64,000 nucleotides of DNA from Mobula hypostoma (lineage: Eukaryota): contig NC_086100.1 in assembly GCF_963921235.1 (NCBI RefSeq), positions 63,488,001-63,552,000 of the forward strand, in the 5' to 3' direction. The position numbers and the translations under genes are program-made. Position 1 is the first letter of the stretch; the number at the start of each line of letters is the position of its first letter. Below, piece by piece: positions 50,641 through 63,880 of the stretch. Below the pieces are notes generated by a model. It had not been told where the DNA came from. It did no database searches and was given only the letters and a program-made list of their open reading frames with translations.

Positions 50641-51059
50641 ATAAGTTCTATTAGTATTAGTTTTCTAAATTATAATTAGTACAAAAACTTGAAGTTCGCT
50701 TCAATTATGATACTTAGTGTTAAATGGCTAATTTCCATATTTAAATTTGCATGTGTTCGCTTAATGCTCTGTTTACCGGCACGGATGAAGCAACATTAAA
50801 TGCCACTTTTGTGTCCATTTAGTTCTTTGGGGAAGTTTGCATCTACCTCATCATTTCTGTTTCCACTCTGAAAAGTGTACAACTATATAGGTGCACCAAG
50901 ACGAAGTCATTCAGCTGTTGATATCACTGTCCTTTGATGGCAGTTGAGATCAAAACATGGTAAAAATTATAGTAGAGTATTGGATGGTGTATAATGTCTG
51001 TTCCAGCACACAGTTTTGTATATCCTTACTTGCTTCATTAGAAGAAAGGGGCAGGATAT

Positions 51060-52040
51060 ACGTAGAAATTTACAGCACATTACAGGCCCTTCGGCCCACA
51101 ATGTTGTGCCAACCATGTAACCTACCTAGAAACTGCCTAGAATTTCCTTAGCGCATAGCCCTCTATTTCTCTAAGCTCCATGTACCTATCTAAGAGGCTC
51201 TTAAAAGACCCTGTTGTATCCGCTTCCACCACCACCACCGGTAGTGCATTCCACATACTCACCACTCTCTGTGTGAAAAACTTACCCCTGACATCCTCTC
51301 GGTACCTATTTCCAAGCACCTTAAAACTATGCCCCCTCATGTTAGCCATTTCAGCCCTGGGAAACAGCCCCTGGCTCTCCACATGATCAATGCCCCTCAT
51401 CATCTTATACACTTCCATCAGGTCACCTCTCATCCTCCGTCACTCCAAGGAGAAAAGGCCAAGTACACTCAGCCTGTTCTCATTAGGTAAACTCCCTACA
51501 ATCCAGAATATGTGGCCCATAAATTTGTTTGGCCATTCAGTAAGCTGGTGGCTGACCTCAATTTGATTTTCTGTGCCTGATTCTCATGTTTGATTTTACT
51601 GTGGCGTAAAATTTATTCTTGCCTAGTGTTTATCGCTCAGCAACTGCAGCTTTCTGGAGCAGATAAATTCAAAGATTTGCAACCCTCTATGAGGCTCTGT
51701 CTCAGTCTGTCATCTTAGTCTTTGTGGTTTCCCTATTCCTGAAAAAATGCATCCCATAACTGACTACCAATCAGGGAAACAGAACTTATACCACTTAACC
51801 TCCTCAAAATCATATACATTACATTCTTCTGATTCCCGAGAGTATAGATCTATAGTGTTAACGTTACTCCATAGCATTATCTGTCACACCTAGAATCAAT
51901 TTCATGAACAACTACAGTCTGCCTTAAATGAAGGGATTAAAACTTTAAGTCGTCATCGTAAGCACGGCAACACAACGGTTCTGTGATGTTGTAACCTGGC
52001 TAACAGGTACTTTTTCTCTTCTTCCCAAAAGGACCAATAG
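51060..52040 (-). mobile_element. two CR1-type 3' fragments (51060-51485 younger, 51490-52040 old)
   Basis: ORF 51137..51433 MRGDLMEVYKMMRGID...FFTQRVV; degenerate CR1 to the right. Confidence 0.75.
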
Positions 52041-52729
52041 TCCATTTGCCATCAGATTTAAACATGAATGCTGAAAATATTCAACAGGTCAGGCAGTGTC
52101 TGTGGATGTCGGAAAAGATTTAATGTTTTAGACGATCTTATTACTTTCTGCACTTGGAAGCCTAGTTTGTATTTAACGTGTGAGGATGACCAATAGGACA
52201 ATACCATTTAAACAATATTTAAAGCAAATAATCATAGCATCACAGAATTAACATAACTTATCTTAAGCAAAAGAAGGTTGACCATCCCGCACTTGCACCT
52301 GTGACTTCCAATGGTATGAGCATCACCATTCCTGCTCGTAACATCCTAAGAGTGGCCATGCGTCAGAAGCTGAAATGGACTCACCAAGAACAAGCAAAAA
52401 ACAAACTCTTGTGAGAACTCAGTGTGGAGGAAAAATGTGCAGTTGATATTTCAGGTTGTGACTGTACATCCTGCAGCAGTTTATTTTTTTCTCTAGATTT
52501 CAGCGTTTGCAGCATAAACATCTCTCCTACAAAAGTTTTCGAAGAGCTGGATACTCTGGCTTACCTTCTGACATCTGAAAGACTCACAGTCATCCACAGG
52601 ACTCTATTTAGGGTTGTAAGAAATTATTTGCCTTTCATCTGGATGTGTATGAGTAAGAAAAAAAACTGCTGTAATGCTTGAGTGAGCGATTAGCTTGGTA
52701 ACCTGCACTGCAGGATGCAATGTTAATTA

Positions 52730-53150
52730 GAACATTACAGCAAGTACAGACCCTTCGGCTCACAATATTGTGCCAACCTTTTAAACTATTCTGAGATCAA
52801 TCTAACCCTTCCCTCCTACATAGCCCTCCATTTTCTTATCATCCCTGTGTCTACTTAAGAGTTTCTTAAATTCTCCTGATGTACCTGCCTCTACCACCAC
52901 CCCTTGCATGATGTTTCACCACCCACCACTCTTTGTGTAAAAAAGAAACATACCTCTGACATCTCCCATGTATCTTCCTCCTATTACCTTAAAATTATAC
53001 GTTCTTGCATTAGCCATTTCTGCCCTGGGAAAAAGTCTCTGGTTATCCATTTTATCTATGCCTCTTATCATCTTGTACACCTCTATCAAGTGACTTCTCA
53101 TCCTCCTGCCCACCAATGAGAAAATCCTTACTCACTCAACCTATAACTCT
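52730..53150 (-). mobile_element. CR1-type 3' fragment
   Basis: ORF 52916..53116 MRSHLIEVYKMIRGIDKMDNQRLFPRAE. Confidence 0.85.
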
Positions 53151-53544
53151 TAATGTTAACACACTATGCCCTTGTCAATACATTGCAGTAGCTTCTCAGT
53201 GAACCTGTTGAACCTCTCCTTGTACATCAAAACCTCTTATTATGTAAATCAATTGAATGAATTTTCTTTGCTTTGTCTCCAAATCAAGCAAGGTCTTCCT
53301 TAAGTATGGAGACACCCTGACAAGGACTCCAGATTCCTTTATCCTGCAACATTCTACATCTTACTCCACCTCAATAACAATTTGCTTTAAACTTCCCAAT
53401 TTCACACATTATACGCCAACTTACCAACACACTATACCACCCTTATCCTTGCTGGCACTCCTTGTATCAGGAGCAAGCTTGGCCCCTTTATCCAACTCAT
53501 TAATATATACAGTTAAATTATTGAGGCACCAGCCCACAGATTAA

Positions 53545-53708
53545 GGTTTGTCCATCGCCATTAGTACTTTTATGAGGTCAAGTTGCTAGCTCGACACTCA
53601 ACCTGGCACGGATGGAAAGTGTGCCCCGGAAGCGGCTGGATTGGATTCGAACTCGGGAACCTTCGCTCCTGGAGTCCAGCGCTGATGTCACTGCGCCACC
53701 AGCCGGCT
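53545..53708 (-). mobile_element. short tRNA-derived SINE
   Basis: Minus strand gccggctggtggcgcagtg (A box) ... gagttcgaatcc (B box). Confidence 0.8.
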
Positions 53709-54170
53709 GATGGTGTCGAGACTAGCGCTTGATTTGGATTTAAGTGAGGGAGAGTTGTGCAGAGTCAGCCTCACTCTCTCTTCCCAATTCCCATCTGGAT
53801 CCGGAGGCAAGACAAGAGTCGAGACGGATGGAGATGGGACTAGGCGCAGTGGATGACCAGGACGTCTTCTGTTTCTTGTCCTGCTCTACGCGTTCCACGA
53901 CGCCTGCAGAGTCTGCCTTCTTGACCGTTGGACCTTCCATTGGTCTTGTCTGCTCAATCTGCCGGAGTCTGTCTTCACATGCTGGGATAGACAACTCCCT
54001 ATCTCACCGAAGGTTTGAGACCCGTCGGCTACCCTCACCTGGTTTAGCCAGCTTGTTGAAGCCGTTGCCCGGGGTGTGGCCGCTGTCGCATGCAAGCAGC
54101 TACGGGGAGCCACAGGTGAGAGCTGAGTGCCAGGTGGGGACCAAAGGTGGACTAACCGCCCTGAAAAGGA
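53709..54170 (-). mobile_element. RTE-type LINE 5'-UTR-like segment
   Basis: GC/CpG-rich block abutting the SINE; gtgaggctgactctgcacaactctcccctcacttaaatccaaat resembles RTE/BovB 5' regions (recognised from memory, not searched). Confidence 0.5.
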
Positions 54171-54641
54171 CACAAATGTTCCCCCACCAGAGGTGCTACC
54201 CCTCCCTGACACCCCATACACTCCAAACTCACTAGTTTCCAAAAGGCAATGTGAAAATGATCCATTTATCTGGATTCTCTGTTGGGGCTTTTCCTCAATG
54301 AAATTAAAGAGAGATTCTGAGAGCAATGGACAGGGTGGCTATTTCCCCTTGTGTAGGTATCCAGAACAAAGTGACAGTTTCAGAATAAAAAGTTGTTAAT
54401 TTAAGATATAAAATGAGGGGGAATGTTTCACTCATCAACCACGGAACTTCTGAACTTCTACTAAAGTTCAAGTCAAGGATTGAAGGATTTGAGAGGCCTA
54501 TTGCCATTGCTTCTTCCTCCTCTCTTGTTTATAATCTTATATTATCTTGATACCATCTTCAAAGCTCAAAACAAATATATTATGAAAATATATGTCATCC
54601 CGAGATTCATTTTCTTGCAGGCATTTACATTAGAACAAAGA

Positions 54642-56348
54642 AATAGACAATAGACAATAGGTGCAGGAGTAGGCTATTCGGCCCTTCGAGGCAGCACCAC
54701 CATTCACTGTGATCATGGCTGATCATCCACAATCAGTACGCTGTTCCTGCCTTCTCCCCATATCCCTTCATTCCACTATCTTTAAGAGCTCTATCTAACT
54801 CTTTCTTGAAAGAATCCAGAGAATTGGCCTCCACTGCCTTCCGAGGCAGAGCATTCCACAGAACCACAACCCTCTGTGTGAAAAAGTTTTTCCTCAGCTC
54901 CGCTCTAAATGGTCTACCCCTTATTCGTAAACTGTGGTCTCTGGTTCTGGACTCCGCCAATATCGGGAACATGTTTCCTACCTCTAGTGTGTCTAATCCC
55001 TTAATAATCTTATATGTTTCAATCAGATCCCCTCTCGTCCTTCTAAATTCCAGTGTATACAAGCCTAACCCTCTTGACGAAGGGTCTCGGCCTGAAACGT
55101 CGACTGTACCTCTTCCTAGAGATGCTGCCTGGCCTGCTGCGTTCACCAGCAACTTTGATGTGTGTTGCTTGTATACAAGCCTAGTCGCTCCAATATTTCA
55201 ACATATGACAATCCTGCCATCCCTGGAATTAACCCAGTGAACCTACACTGCACTCCCTCCATAGCAAGAATGTCCTTCCTCAAATTTGGAGATCAAATCT
55301 GCACACAATACTCCAGTTGGGGTCTCACCAGGGCCTTGCACAACTGCAGAAGGACCTCTTTGCTCCTATTCTCGACTCCCCTTGTTATGAAGGCCAACAT
55401 GCCATTGACTTTCTTCACTGCCTACTGTACCTGCATGCTTACTTTCAGTGATTGATGAACAAGGACACCCAGATCTCATTGTACTTCCCCTGTTCCTAAC
55501 TTGACACCATTCAGATAGTAATCTGCCTGCCTGTTCTTGCCACCAAAGTAAATAACCTCACATTTATCCACATTAAACTACATCTGCCATGCATCTACCT
55601 ACTCACCCAACCTGTCCAAGTCACCCTGCATTCTCATAACATCCTCCTCACATTTCACACTGTCACCCAGCTTTGTGTCATCTGCAAATTTGCTAATATT
55701 ACTTTTAATCCCTTCATCTAAATCATTAATGTATATTGTAAATAGCTGCGGTCCCAGCACTGAATCTTGCGGTACCCCACTAGTCACTGCCTGCCATTCT
55801 GAAAAGGACACGTTAATCCCTACTCTTTGTTTCCTGTCTGCCAACCAATTTTCTATCCATATCAATACCCTGCTCCCAATACCATGTGCTCTAATTTTGC
55901 CCACTAACCTCCTATGTGGGACCTTATCAAAGGCTTTCTGAAAGTCCAGGTACACTACATCCACTGGCTTTCCCATGTCCATTTTCATAGATACATCCTC
56001 AAAAAATTCCAGAAGATTAGTCGAGCATGATTTCCCCTTCGTAAATCCATGCTGACTCGGACAGATCCTGCTACTGCTATCCAAATATGCTGCTATTTCA
56101 TCTTTTATAATTAACTCCAGCATCTTCCCCACCACTGATGTCAGATTAACTGGTCTATAATTGCCTGTTTTCTCTCTCCCTCCTTTCTTAAAAAGTGGGA
56201 TAACATTAGCTACCCTGCAATCCGCTGGAACTGATCCTGAATCTAGAGAATATTGGAAAATGATTACCAATGCATCCATGACTTCTATAGCCATCTCCTT
56301 AAGTACCCTGGAACACAGACCATCAGGCCCTGGGGATTTATCAGCCAT
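54642..56348 (-). mobile_element. CR1-type LINE, 5'-truncated, RT domain largely open
   Basis: ORF 55599..56429 with NYRPVNLTS, YLDFQKAFDKVPH, SGVPQDSVLGP, FADD; (acaatag)n tail. Confidence 0.95.
55068..55169 (+). mobile_element. 102-bp Penelope pseudo-LTR insertion in CR1 with 14-bp TSD
   Basis: TSD tgtatacaagccta at 55054-55067 and 55170-55183; contains tgacgaagggtctcggcctgaaacgtcgact. Confidence 0.92.
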
Positions 56349-56770
56349 TAGAATAGAATAGAATTGATGAAAAACTACACACAAACCAAGACTAACAAGC
56401 AACAATGTGCAAAAGAAGATAAAATGCAAATAAAAAAAACTAACCTGATTAAGTAAGTAAATAATACTGAGAACATGGGTTGTAGAATCCTTGAAAGTGA
56501 GTTAATAAATTGTGGAACCATTTCAGTATAGAGTTCAGTGACGTAATCGACTCTGGTTAGGGATGGTTGAAGGGTAATAGCTGTTCCTGAACCTGGAAGC
56601 GTGTGACCTAAGGCTCCTGTACTTCCTTCCCAATGGCAACGATGAGAAGAGAGCATGGCCTGGGTGGTGGAGGTCCTTGATGAATGATGCTGTTTTCTTG
56701 TGGCAGAGTTCCTTGTAGATATGCTCAATGCCTCAATAGTGGGAAAGGCTTTCCCTGTGAAGGATGGAAT
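56349..56770 (-). mobile_element. Rex1-like LINE 3' fragment
   Basis: Degenerate C-terminal ORF (HPGHALFS.LPLGRKYRSL) on the minus strand; (tagaa)n at the left end. Confidence 0.7.
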
Positions 56771-58983
56771 TAATCATACAGTATATTACTGTACACTGAA
56801 ATGTAATATGTCATCAATATTATATCTACATAATATATAAAATCAAATTGATTATATATGATTTTGATCAGGAGGAAGAACATGAGGAGTATTGTGAAGG
56901 AGTATAGCTTCCTTTAAAACTTCCTTCAAGGCACACATCGTACTGAGTTAGATCTATGTTGTTGTCCTCAGATTGATGCTGAGAGAACTGAAACCATTTC
57001 TCCCTTATGAAATTGTGAAAATTACAGATTATATCAATTATGAAAAATGGTGTATTTTGTTTGTATATCATAATATATTTGCAACATAGTCCATGTTCTC
57101 TTTATATATAGTTAAAATTTTCTGAACATGATTTTCCCTTTAAATACACTTTTTTGAATGCTACGCATTAACTGATTTTATGTGCTTGGTCTTCATTGGT
57201 TCAAAATTTGAAGGAAGGTATATGTTAGAAAGTGGGAGTTATTACTCTGCTTTAGGCGATCATATCTGTAACACTTATTGCCACAAATAGCCAAAAATAT
57301 ATAGTGTATAGAAATACCAATAGAATATGACTGAATAAGATTATTTTCTGTTTAAATAAGCAGATAAACCATTTTGCTTGGACCATTTTCTCAGCTAATA
57401 ACCTTTGCATTTTAGTTTTACTTTGAGACAATATCCAAAAGGGTGGTTGCATAAAGAGAGCAGGCTCTGTTCATGAACATTATTCTTTGCTGCTGGATAT
57501 TATCTTATGGGTCTTGTACATACATCAATACGAAAAAAAATATGAACTGTTCATGAGAACAAATATTGCAGAAACGATTTAAACACAGGACTTCCATTTT
57601 GTGTGGATCTATGTCAAATGCGATTTCTCAGATTTTCTTCATGTTGTATCAGTCAGCTAGGAAGTGAAACAGTCAAAGACAGCACGCTGTTTTATATGGA
57701 CATGTGATGGTTTTAACAAGATTGCACATGAGTCAGGGATCAATTGAGAAAATTAAGGTATTCTAAGAAATAGAAGAATTTCCAGCTTTGATTTCATGCC
57801 ACTTTCACAATTGACTAGGTAGAATGTTTCTACCACATCAGAATGCATTTGCTAAGTATTTGGCATTGTATTGGATAATAAATTAATTTTGGTCTTTTAT
57901 ATACCATGCAACAATACAACCCAGAGACCTGCAATGATCCCCTGTGTTATATTATTCTGATAATGTAATGTTAAATATTTCTGTGCATAGTTCATCAACC
58001 TTTTACAATAAAAGTAGACATGCTTAGATCACCCTGTAGATTAACATTTATGAGGAGAATGAAACAAAGTTAATGTCCTTCATAGTAATTTGTTTTAAAT
58101 ATGAAGTTTGGGGCTGTGTTTTTAGTGATTACTTTTAAGTTTTCTTTCTAATTCTTTAAATTTATTTGAAGATTTTTCAAAACCTCTACCATATAAACAC
58201 ATTTGAAAATCATTGAACAGGGTGCAGTCATTGTTTTAACTTTCACTGACAGGCAGACTAGCGACAGTGGTGGTGGGGGGTGTTTTTGTTGTTTTACGTT
58301 TTCCCTATGTATTTTAGAATCTTTAATATCATTGTAATTGTGTGTTTGACTTAGGTGCTCTGTCATATTCTTTTTCTGGTTATTTTCTGATTGCATTCAT
58401 GTATATTTTATGGGGTTTGGGGTGGAATTTCTTCTTTCTCCACCAGCACTAAAATATGGACCATCGAGATCTTCAAAATGACCCTTCCACTCTTCCATTT
58501 TATTTCTGATTTATAGTAACTGAACTAAAATAAGCTGGGATTTCTACATTAAATGTGATGGAACTCTTGAGGATTTTACAAGGATCTTGACCTTTCCTTT
58601 TTGCAACTGAGGACTGACCACTATGATTCCGGCTTGTGTCAGTATGCTGATTATTCTCAACCTGCATTTTTTGGTAATGATTTGACTGAAATTTTGAAAC
58701 CCATTCAGAAGAACATTATCAGTAGTATTTAAAATAATATTTTTAGTTTGAATATTCAGGTTATAAAAATTGTCTCTAGTGATAGTCACAGAGAAAGGAA
58801 AGACATTCACCTACATCTGCAAGTGAAGTTGGAACTGCAAGAGCTGGAACAGAGTTGTAGTTGGACAGAGAGATTTTGAACATTCCTGTCCAAAAAAAGG
58901 AAATAGCTAAGATGATCTTACAGAGGAACTTACAAGGATATACAAATGAAATTCTAATAAAACTACCCAGGTGAAATAGCATA

Positions 58984-59930
58984 ATTCAGAATCAGATTTA
59001 TTATCACTATTTTATAAGACATGAGATTTGTTGTTTTGTGGCAGCAGTACAGTGCAAAGACATAAAATTACTATAAACTACAAAATAAATTAATAGTGTA
59101 TAAAGTGTAATAATGAGATAGTGTTCATAGACCATTTGGAACTCTGAGGGCAAAGGGGAAGAAGCTGTTAGTGAACGGTTAGGTATGGGTCTTCAGGCTC
59201 CTGTACTGTGTCCCTCATGGTAGTTAGGAGAAGAGGGCATGTCCCAAATGGGCACTGCCTACCTGACGCACTGCTTTTTGAAGTAGTTCTTGATGATGGA
59301 GAGGTTTGTGCCCATGATGGAGCAGGCTGAGACAGCTACTTCTCTGCAGTCTCCTGAAATCCTGAGCATTGGAGCCTCTATACATAGAAACATAGAAAAT
59401 AGGTGCAGGAGTAGGCCATTCGGCCCTTCAAGCCTGCACCGCCATTCAGTATGATCATGGCTGACCAGGCTGTTTTGCAACCAGTTAGAAAACTCTCCAC
59501 GATATATCTATCAAAATTTGCAGGAGTTTTTGGTGACGATGCAAATCTCCTCAGACTCCTAATGAAGTGGAGCCCTCGGCATGATTACTTTGTGATTGTA
59601 TTGTTCTGCTGAGCTCAGGATAGGCATTCTGAAATGTCGACACCCGGGATCTTAAAGCTGCTCACCCTTTCCAACACTGACCCCTCGATGAGGATTGTTA
59701 CATGTCCTCCTAACATGTCCTTCCTTGGTCTTGCTGATGTTGAGCCTCCTCATCGCTATCTGCCATTTTACCAACAACAATGGTGTCACCTGGGAATTGA
59801 TGAATGGCGTTTGTGTCAGTCATGAGTGTAGGGTGTAGAGCAGTGGGCTAAGCACACATCCTTGAGGTGCATCTGTGTTGATAGTCAGTGAGATGGAGAT
59901 GTTCTCACTTACCCATAATGTCTGTGGTCT
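58984..59930 (-). mobile_element. Rex1-like LINE remnant with a nested CR1 tail (~59381-59464)
   Basis: SLTINTDAPQGCVLSPLLYTL; tail attcagaatcagatttattatcact; nested catagaaacatagaaaataggtgcagg. Confidence 0.8.
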
Positions 59931-60261
59931 CTTCCAGTCAAACAAGGCACAAAGGTTCAAACAAAGCAGATACCAGAAAATGCAAGATAGGGCATCAAAA
60001 ATATTTAAATAATTGGCAGAAATTGAGATCCCACTGGTTGAATGAATTATAATAACTACCTCGTAGCTGATTATTTCATGATCTTGCTCATGTACTGACT
60101 GCCAGATTGCTGTTTTTGTGCAATTTGTCACTGATAGCTTCATTCAGCTGGTTTTTGTCTTTGGTCTCTCATTATTAGTTTCAGCATTGATTATTTCTTT
60201 CACTCATTAAAAGGCAAACTTCCCCTTAAAAGGTATTAAATACTAAATTTATGCAATTTTC

Positions 60262-60690
60262 AAACGTGAGAAAATCTACAGATGCTGGAAATCACACAAC
60301 GCACACAAAATGCTGGAGGAGCTCAGCAGGCCAGGCAGCATCTATGGAAAAAGAGTAAACAGTCGATGTTTTGGGCCGAGGCCCTTCATCAGGACCGGAA
60401 AAAGAGATGAGAAGTCAGAGTAAGAAGGTTGGGGAGGGGAGCAAGAAGTACAAGGTGGTAGCTGATAGGTGAAATCAGGAGAGGGGGAGAGATGAAATTA
60501 AGAGCTCCCCCCACCTACCTAGTTTCAGCTATTACCTTCGAGCTTGTACTCCTTCCTCTCACCCCTAACTTTTTCTGGCTTCTTTCCCCTTCCTTTACAG
60601 TCCTGATGAACGGTCCTGGCTCGCAATGTCAACTTTTTCCATAGATGCCAGCCTATCCTGCTGAGTTCCTCCAGCGTTCTGTGCGTGATG
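60262..60690. mobile_element. older inverted Penelope pseudo-LTR pair
   Basis: Minus copy ~60262-60505 and plus copy ~60505-60690; degenerate TSD atgcaat(t/g)tttca(a/g)ac at 60251-60265 and 60688-60703. Confidence 0.8.
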
Positions 60691-63549
60691 CAATGTTTCA
60701 GACTTGTTCACCACCTTTTCAATAGTGCTGCTTTAGTTATTAAATATTAAGTTGTTGTGTGCAACACAGGAATTTGTGTTCATATTCATTTATTGTGAAC
60801 TCATTATGCAATTTTCAGATATCTCGGGTCAAAAAAAAAGTAAATGCTGAAAACTGCAAAATCTTTAACACCTTTGGAATAAAGACTTTTCAGCCTTTCT
60901 TGCCTATTAGAACCTGTTTTGATAGAGACCCGTATGTGTTCATTCTTTCATGTGTGTTTCTAATACCAGGCCTGGAGCATGAGGCTCAATGAATTTGCTA
61001 TTAATGTACTCTGGATGCTAATTGGTGTGATGTGGATTTCTGAGCATTTTTGGTATCATAGTGTGTCTAACATTGGCTTTGGGAAGTCAGCAGTAAGTGT
61101 TTTGCTTTTGTAAACCGACAGAAGGGAAGAAGGATATTGTCATATCTATACTTGTGAATCACTAATTTGTTACCAGAATTTATTAATGCCATGTATTAAG
61201 AATCCAACATTAAGACCCACTCTATTCACTCCCTTCCTCATCCTATCTGTAGTATTTGAAAGGATCAGTTGCTTTCAGATTTGTTGATTGATTTGAAACA
61301 GACTTAGTTGTGAAGTCCTGTGGAACACTGATTTCTCTACTGTGAGTGGAGTTTTCACTAGATTTCAGTGGAGCTTGAGATGTTTTTAGGATTATTGTGA
61401 TTGCAGGCACACTTTAGCTTACAACTGTTTGAGCCAAATCATGAGGATGTCATGATGACAATGACAAACACATGTTGTATTTAACTAGTGAGTTCTGAAT
61501 CTTAGTGGTATTTGACTGGTGAGTGATAAAGTTGTATTACATGGAACAGTTTGCAAGGCCCTTAGTACGGTTGATGGGAGATGGGATTTGACAATATATT
61601 GACTAACCTTGACTTTGTCTGTCAGACCATCGAACTTTATGTGGCAGTGTGAAGTCTTTGGGCCATAACTCCTCTCATTCTTCTTTACTCACCTCTCCCT
61701 TTGTGATTGAGCTGTCCCTAACCTTTGTATTACATTTCATCTGATCTACTTGGGCCTTCTATATCATAACATTGTGGTCAGTGACTGCATACAAATAACT
61801 TTGTAGTGATTACAAAGAATAGATACTTTCCCTTTAAAAGTTGCAGAACTTAATGGAAATAATTGTTACCATGTGATTTGATCCCATGATCATCTCCCTG
61901 ATTTGCATTTTGGTTTCTGATCATGCTGAATTATACAGTTACCTGCTGCGACATTCCCTGGATGGATTGTGCTAAATGCCTCCATTCTGTGACCCTTCCT
62001 AGAAGGTGGGAGGGTCCCAAGTAGCAACTGGACTTGAAGTCTGTCTCCACCTGCTCCCCTTCTGTCAAAGGCTTTTTTTTTTACTGTATTAACTGCCTGT
62101 GATAATCAGAGATATTTAAGAACAATGGAAATGGATCAGAATAAAATAATTGAAAGTGAATTATTTAATTGCAACATAAATTTATAGTGATGTAAAGAAA
62201 CTAACAAAATGCTCAACTAAACAATGAAGGGTGCTTGACCTTATTCCAGGTTTAGGGTTAGTTGGCTGGTACAGTTGAGGAGAGCAATGTGAAATTTATC
62301 CAAGTCCTTTAGCTCATGATGTTGTGGAGCCATGGCTGCACTTGGTAGTGAGTCCATTCACAGAGTGGGAATTGGCATCTGCTCCTGTCCCTTCTTTACT
62401 TCTGTTCTGTAGCGGCAGTCACTTTAAGGAGTGGAGGGTGAATGGATTAACCATATTCTCTCCATCCTGTGTGAACTAATTTCAACAAATGCCAGCCTGT
62501 TATAATACTTGGTACCATGGGTATGTGGTGAGTTGAGTAATAGTGTGTTTAATAGTTCTTGATAGCATGCATGGGTTAATTAGAGATCCTGACTCTGATT
62601 ATTTGTCATTGCTATCCAACTTCATTCTCCATTTTTGGACCATTGTTGTTTTTTTCAGTCTCACTTATATAGTTAATGATCAATTTGTTTGATTGAATTT
62701 GCTGGAAAATAGATAAAGATGTCTGGGAATGTGGATGGGATGTTTTTTCTTACAATGATTGATGATCATGCTGAATTATGTTATTGCCCTGGGAGTAAAG
62801 TCTTGAGGTTTTGAAAAACACAATAACAATGCTTTTAAATGTTTTTAAATAAAAATGCTAGTTTTTTCCTTTTTTTTATTGTCCTGGCTATTCTTTCAAC
62901 AAGGCAGCAACACTTTTTTTCATTAAAAAGGCAAATCAGGTGGCTGTATCATAGACATCAATCTGTACCTCATGCTTTTTGTGCAGTAGTTAAGTTGAAA
63001 TCTATACATAGATGCTAAAGAGACTATGGTATTTGATGCAATAAATGTTCAGTTCTTTGCATTTTAGTTCTTTGTAGAATGGCACAGAGTTTAAGAAATA
63101 AAATATTCAAACAAAAAGATTATTGTAAGAAGTTATGTTTTTCTTGTGAATATGATTCTATATGCCCGTGATGCTGCTCCAAGTAATAGTTTCACTTCAC
63201 CTTTGCATACATATTTTCTTGCTTAATTTTAACAGAGTCAAAATTAAAATATTGTAAATCATGAAACCAATTGGCAGCTCTTAGAGAGAGATAACCATAA
63301 TATTAAAGTAAAAAATTTCCTTAAATCTTCTGTTTATGTAAAGATGAGCACATGTTACTTCTGTGTTCAGATTTTGTTAGAGGAATATCCATTCCTTCCA
63401 GGGTTGCTTGAAAATCATTGGGTTTAATTGTTGGATCCATGGTGGGATATTAGTTTTGAGTGGCTGTTTTGCTTCAGTTTCTTTGAATTTGAAATGGGGA
63501 AGTATAGCTTGAAATAGAATGTGTTCTGAACAATGTGCCCTTTGATTAT

Positions 63550-63880
63550 AAATTACAGGATGATATTGGTAAGTTGGTAAAATGGGCAGAGCAGTGGCAG
63601 ATGGAACTTAATCCTGATAAATGTAAGGTAGTGCACTTGGAGGAATGAGTAAGGGTAGGGCATACACAAAGAATGGAGGATACTTAGTGAATATTGAGGA
63701 AAGGAGGATTCTTGATGGACAAGCCCAAGGATTCACAAATGTGGCAGCAAAAACATGCAGTTGGGAAGTAAATCTCATTAGCCGGGGCATGGAATTTGAG
63801 AGAGGGTAGGCTACTCACCACACAATAGAAAGAACCCAAAATATCAAAAGTTCTGATGCATAGTTTGGCCTGAGACATTA
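63550..63880 (+). mobile_element. old CR1 fragment
   Basis: tgggcagagcagtggcagatggaacttaatcctgataaatgtaaggtagtgcac (WAEQWQMELNPDKCKVVH). Confidence 0.7.

Noticed and set aside
60820-60931. Possible exon (ttttcag|ATATCTCGG...GACCC|gtatgt)
   Set aside because: Weak donor context, unrecognised peptide and no supporting neighbouring exons.
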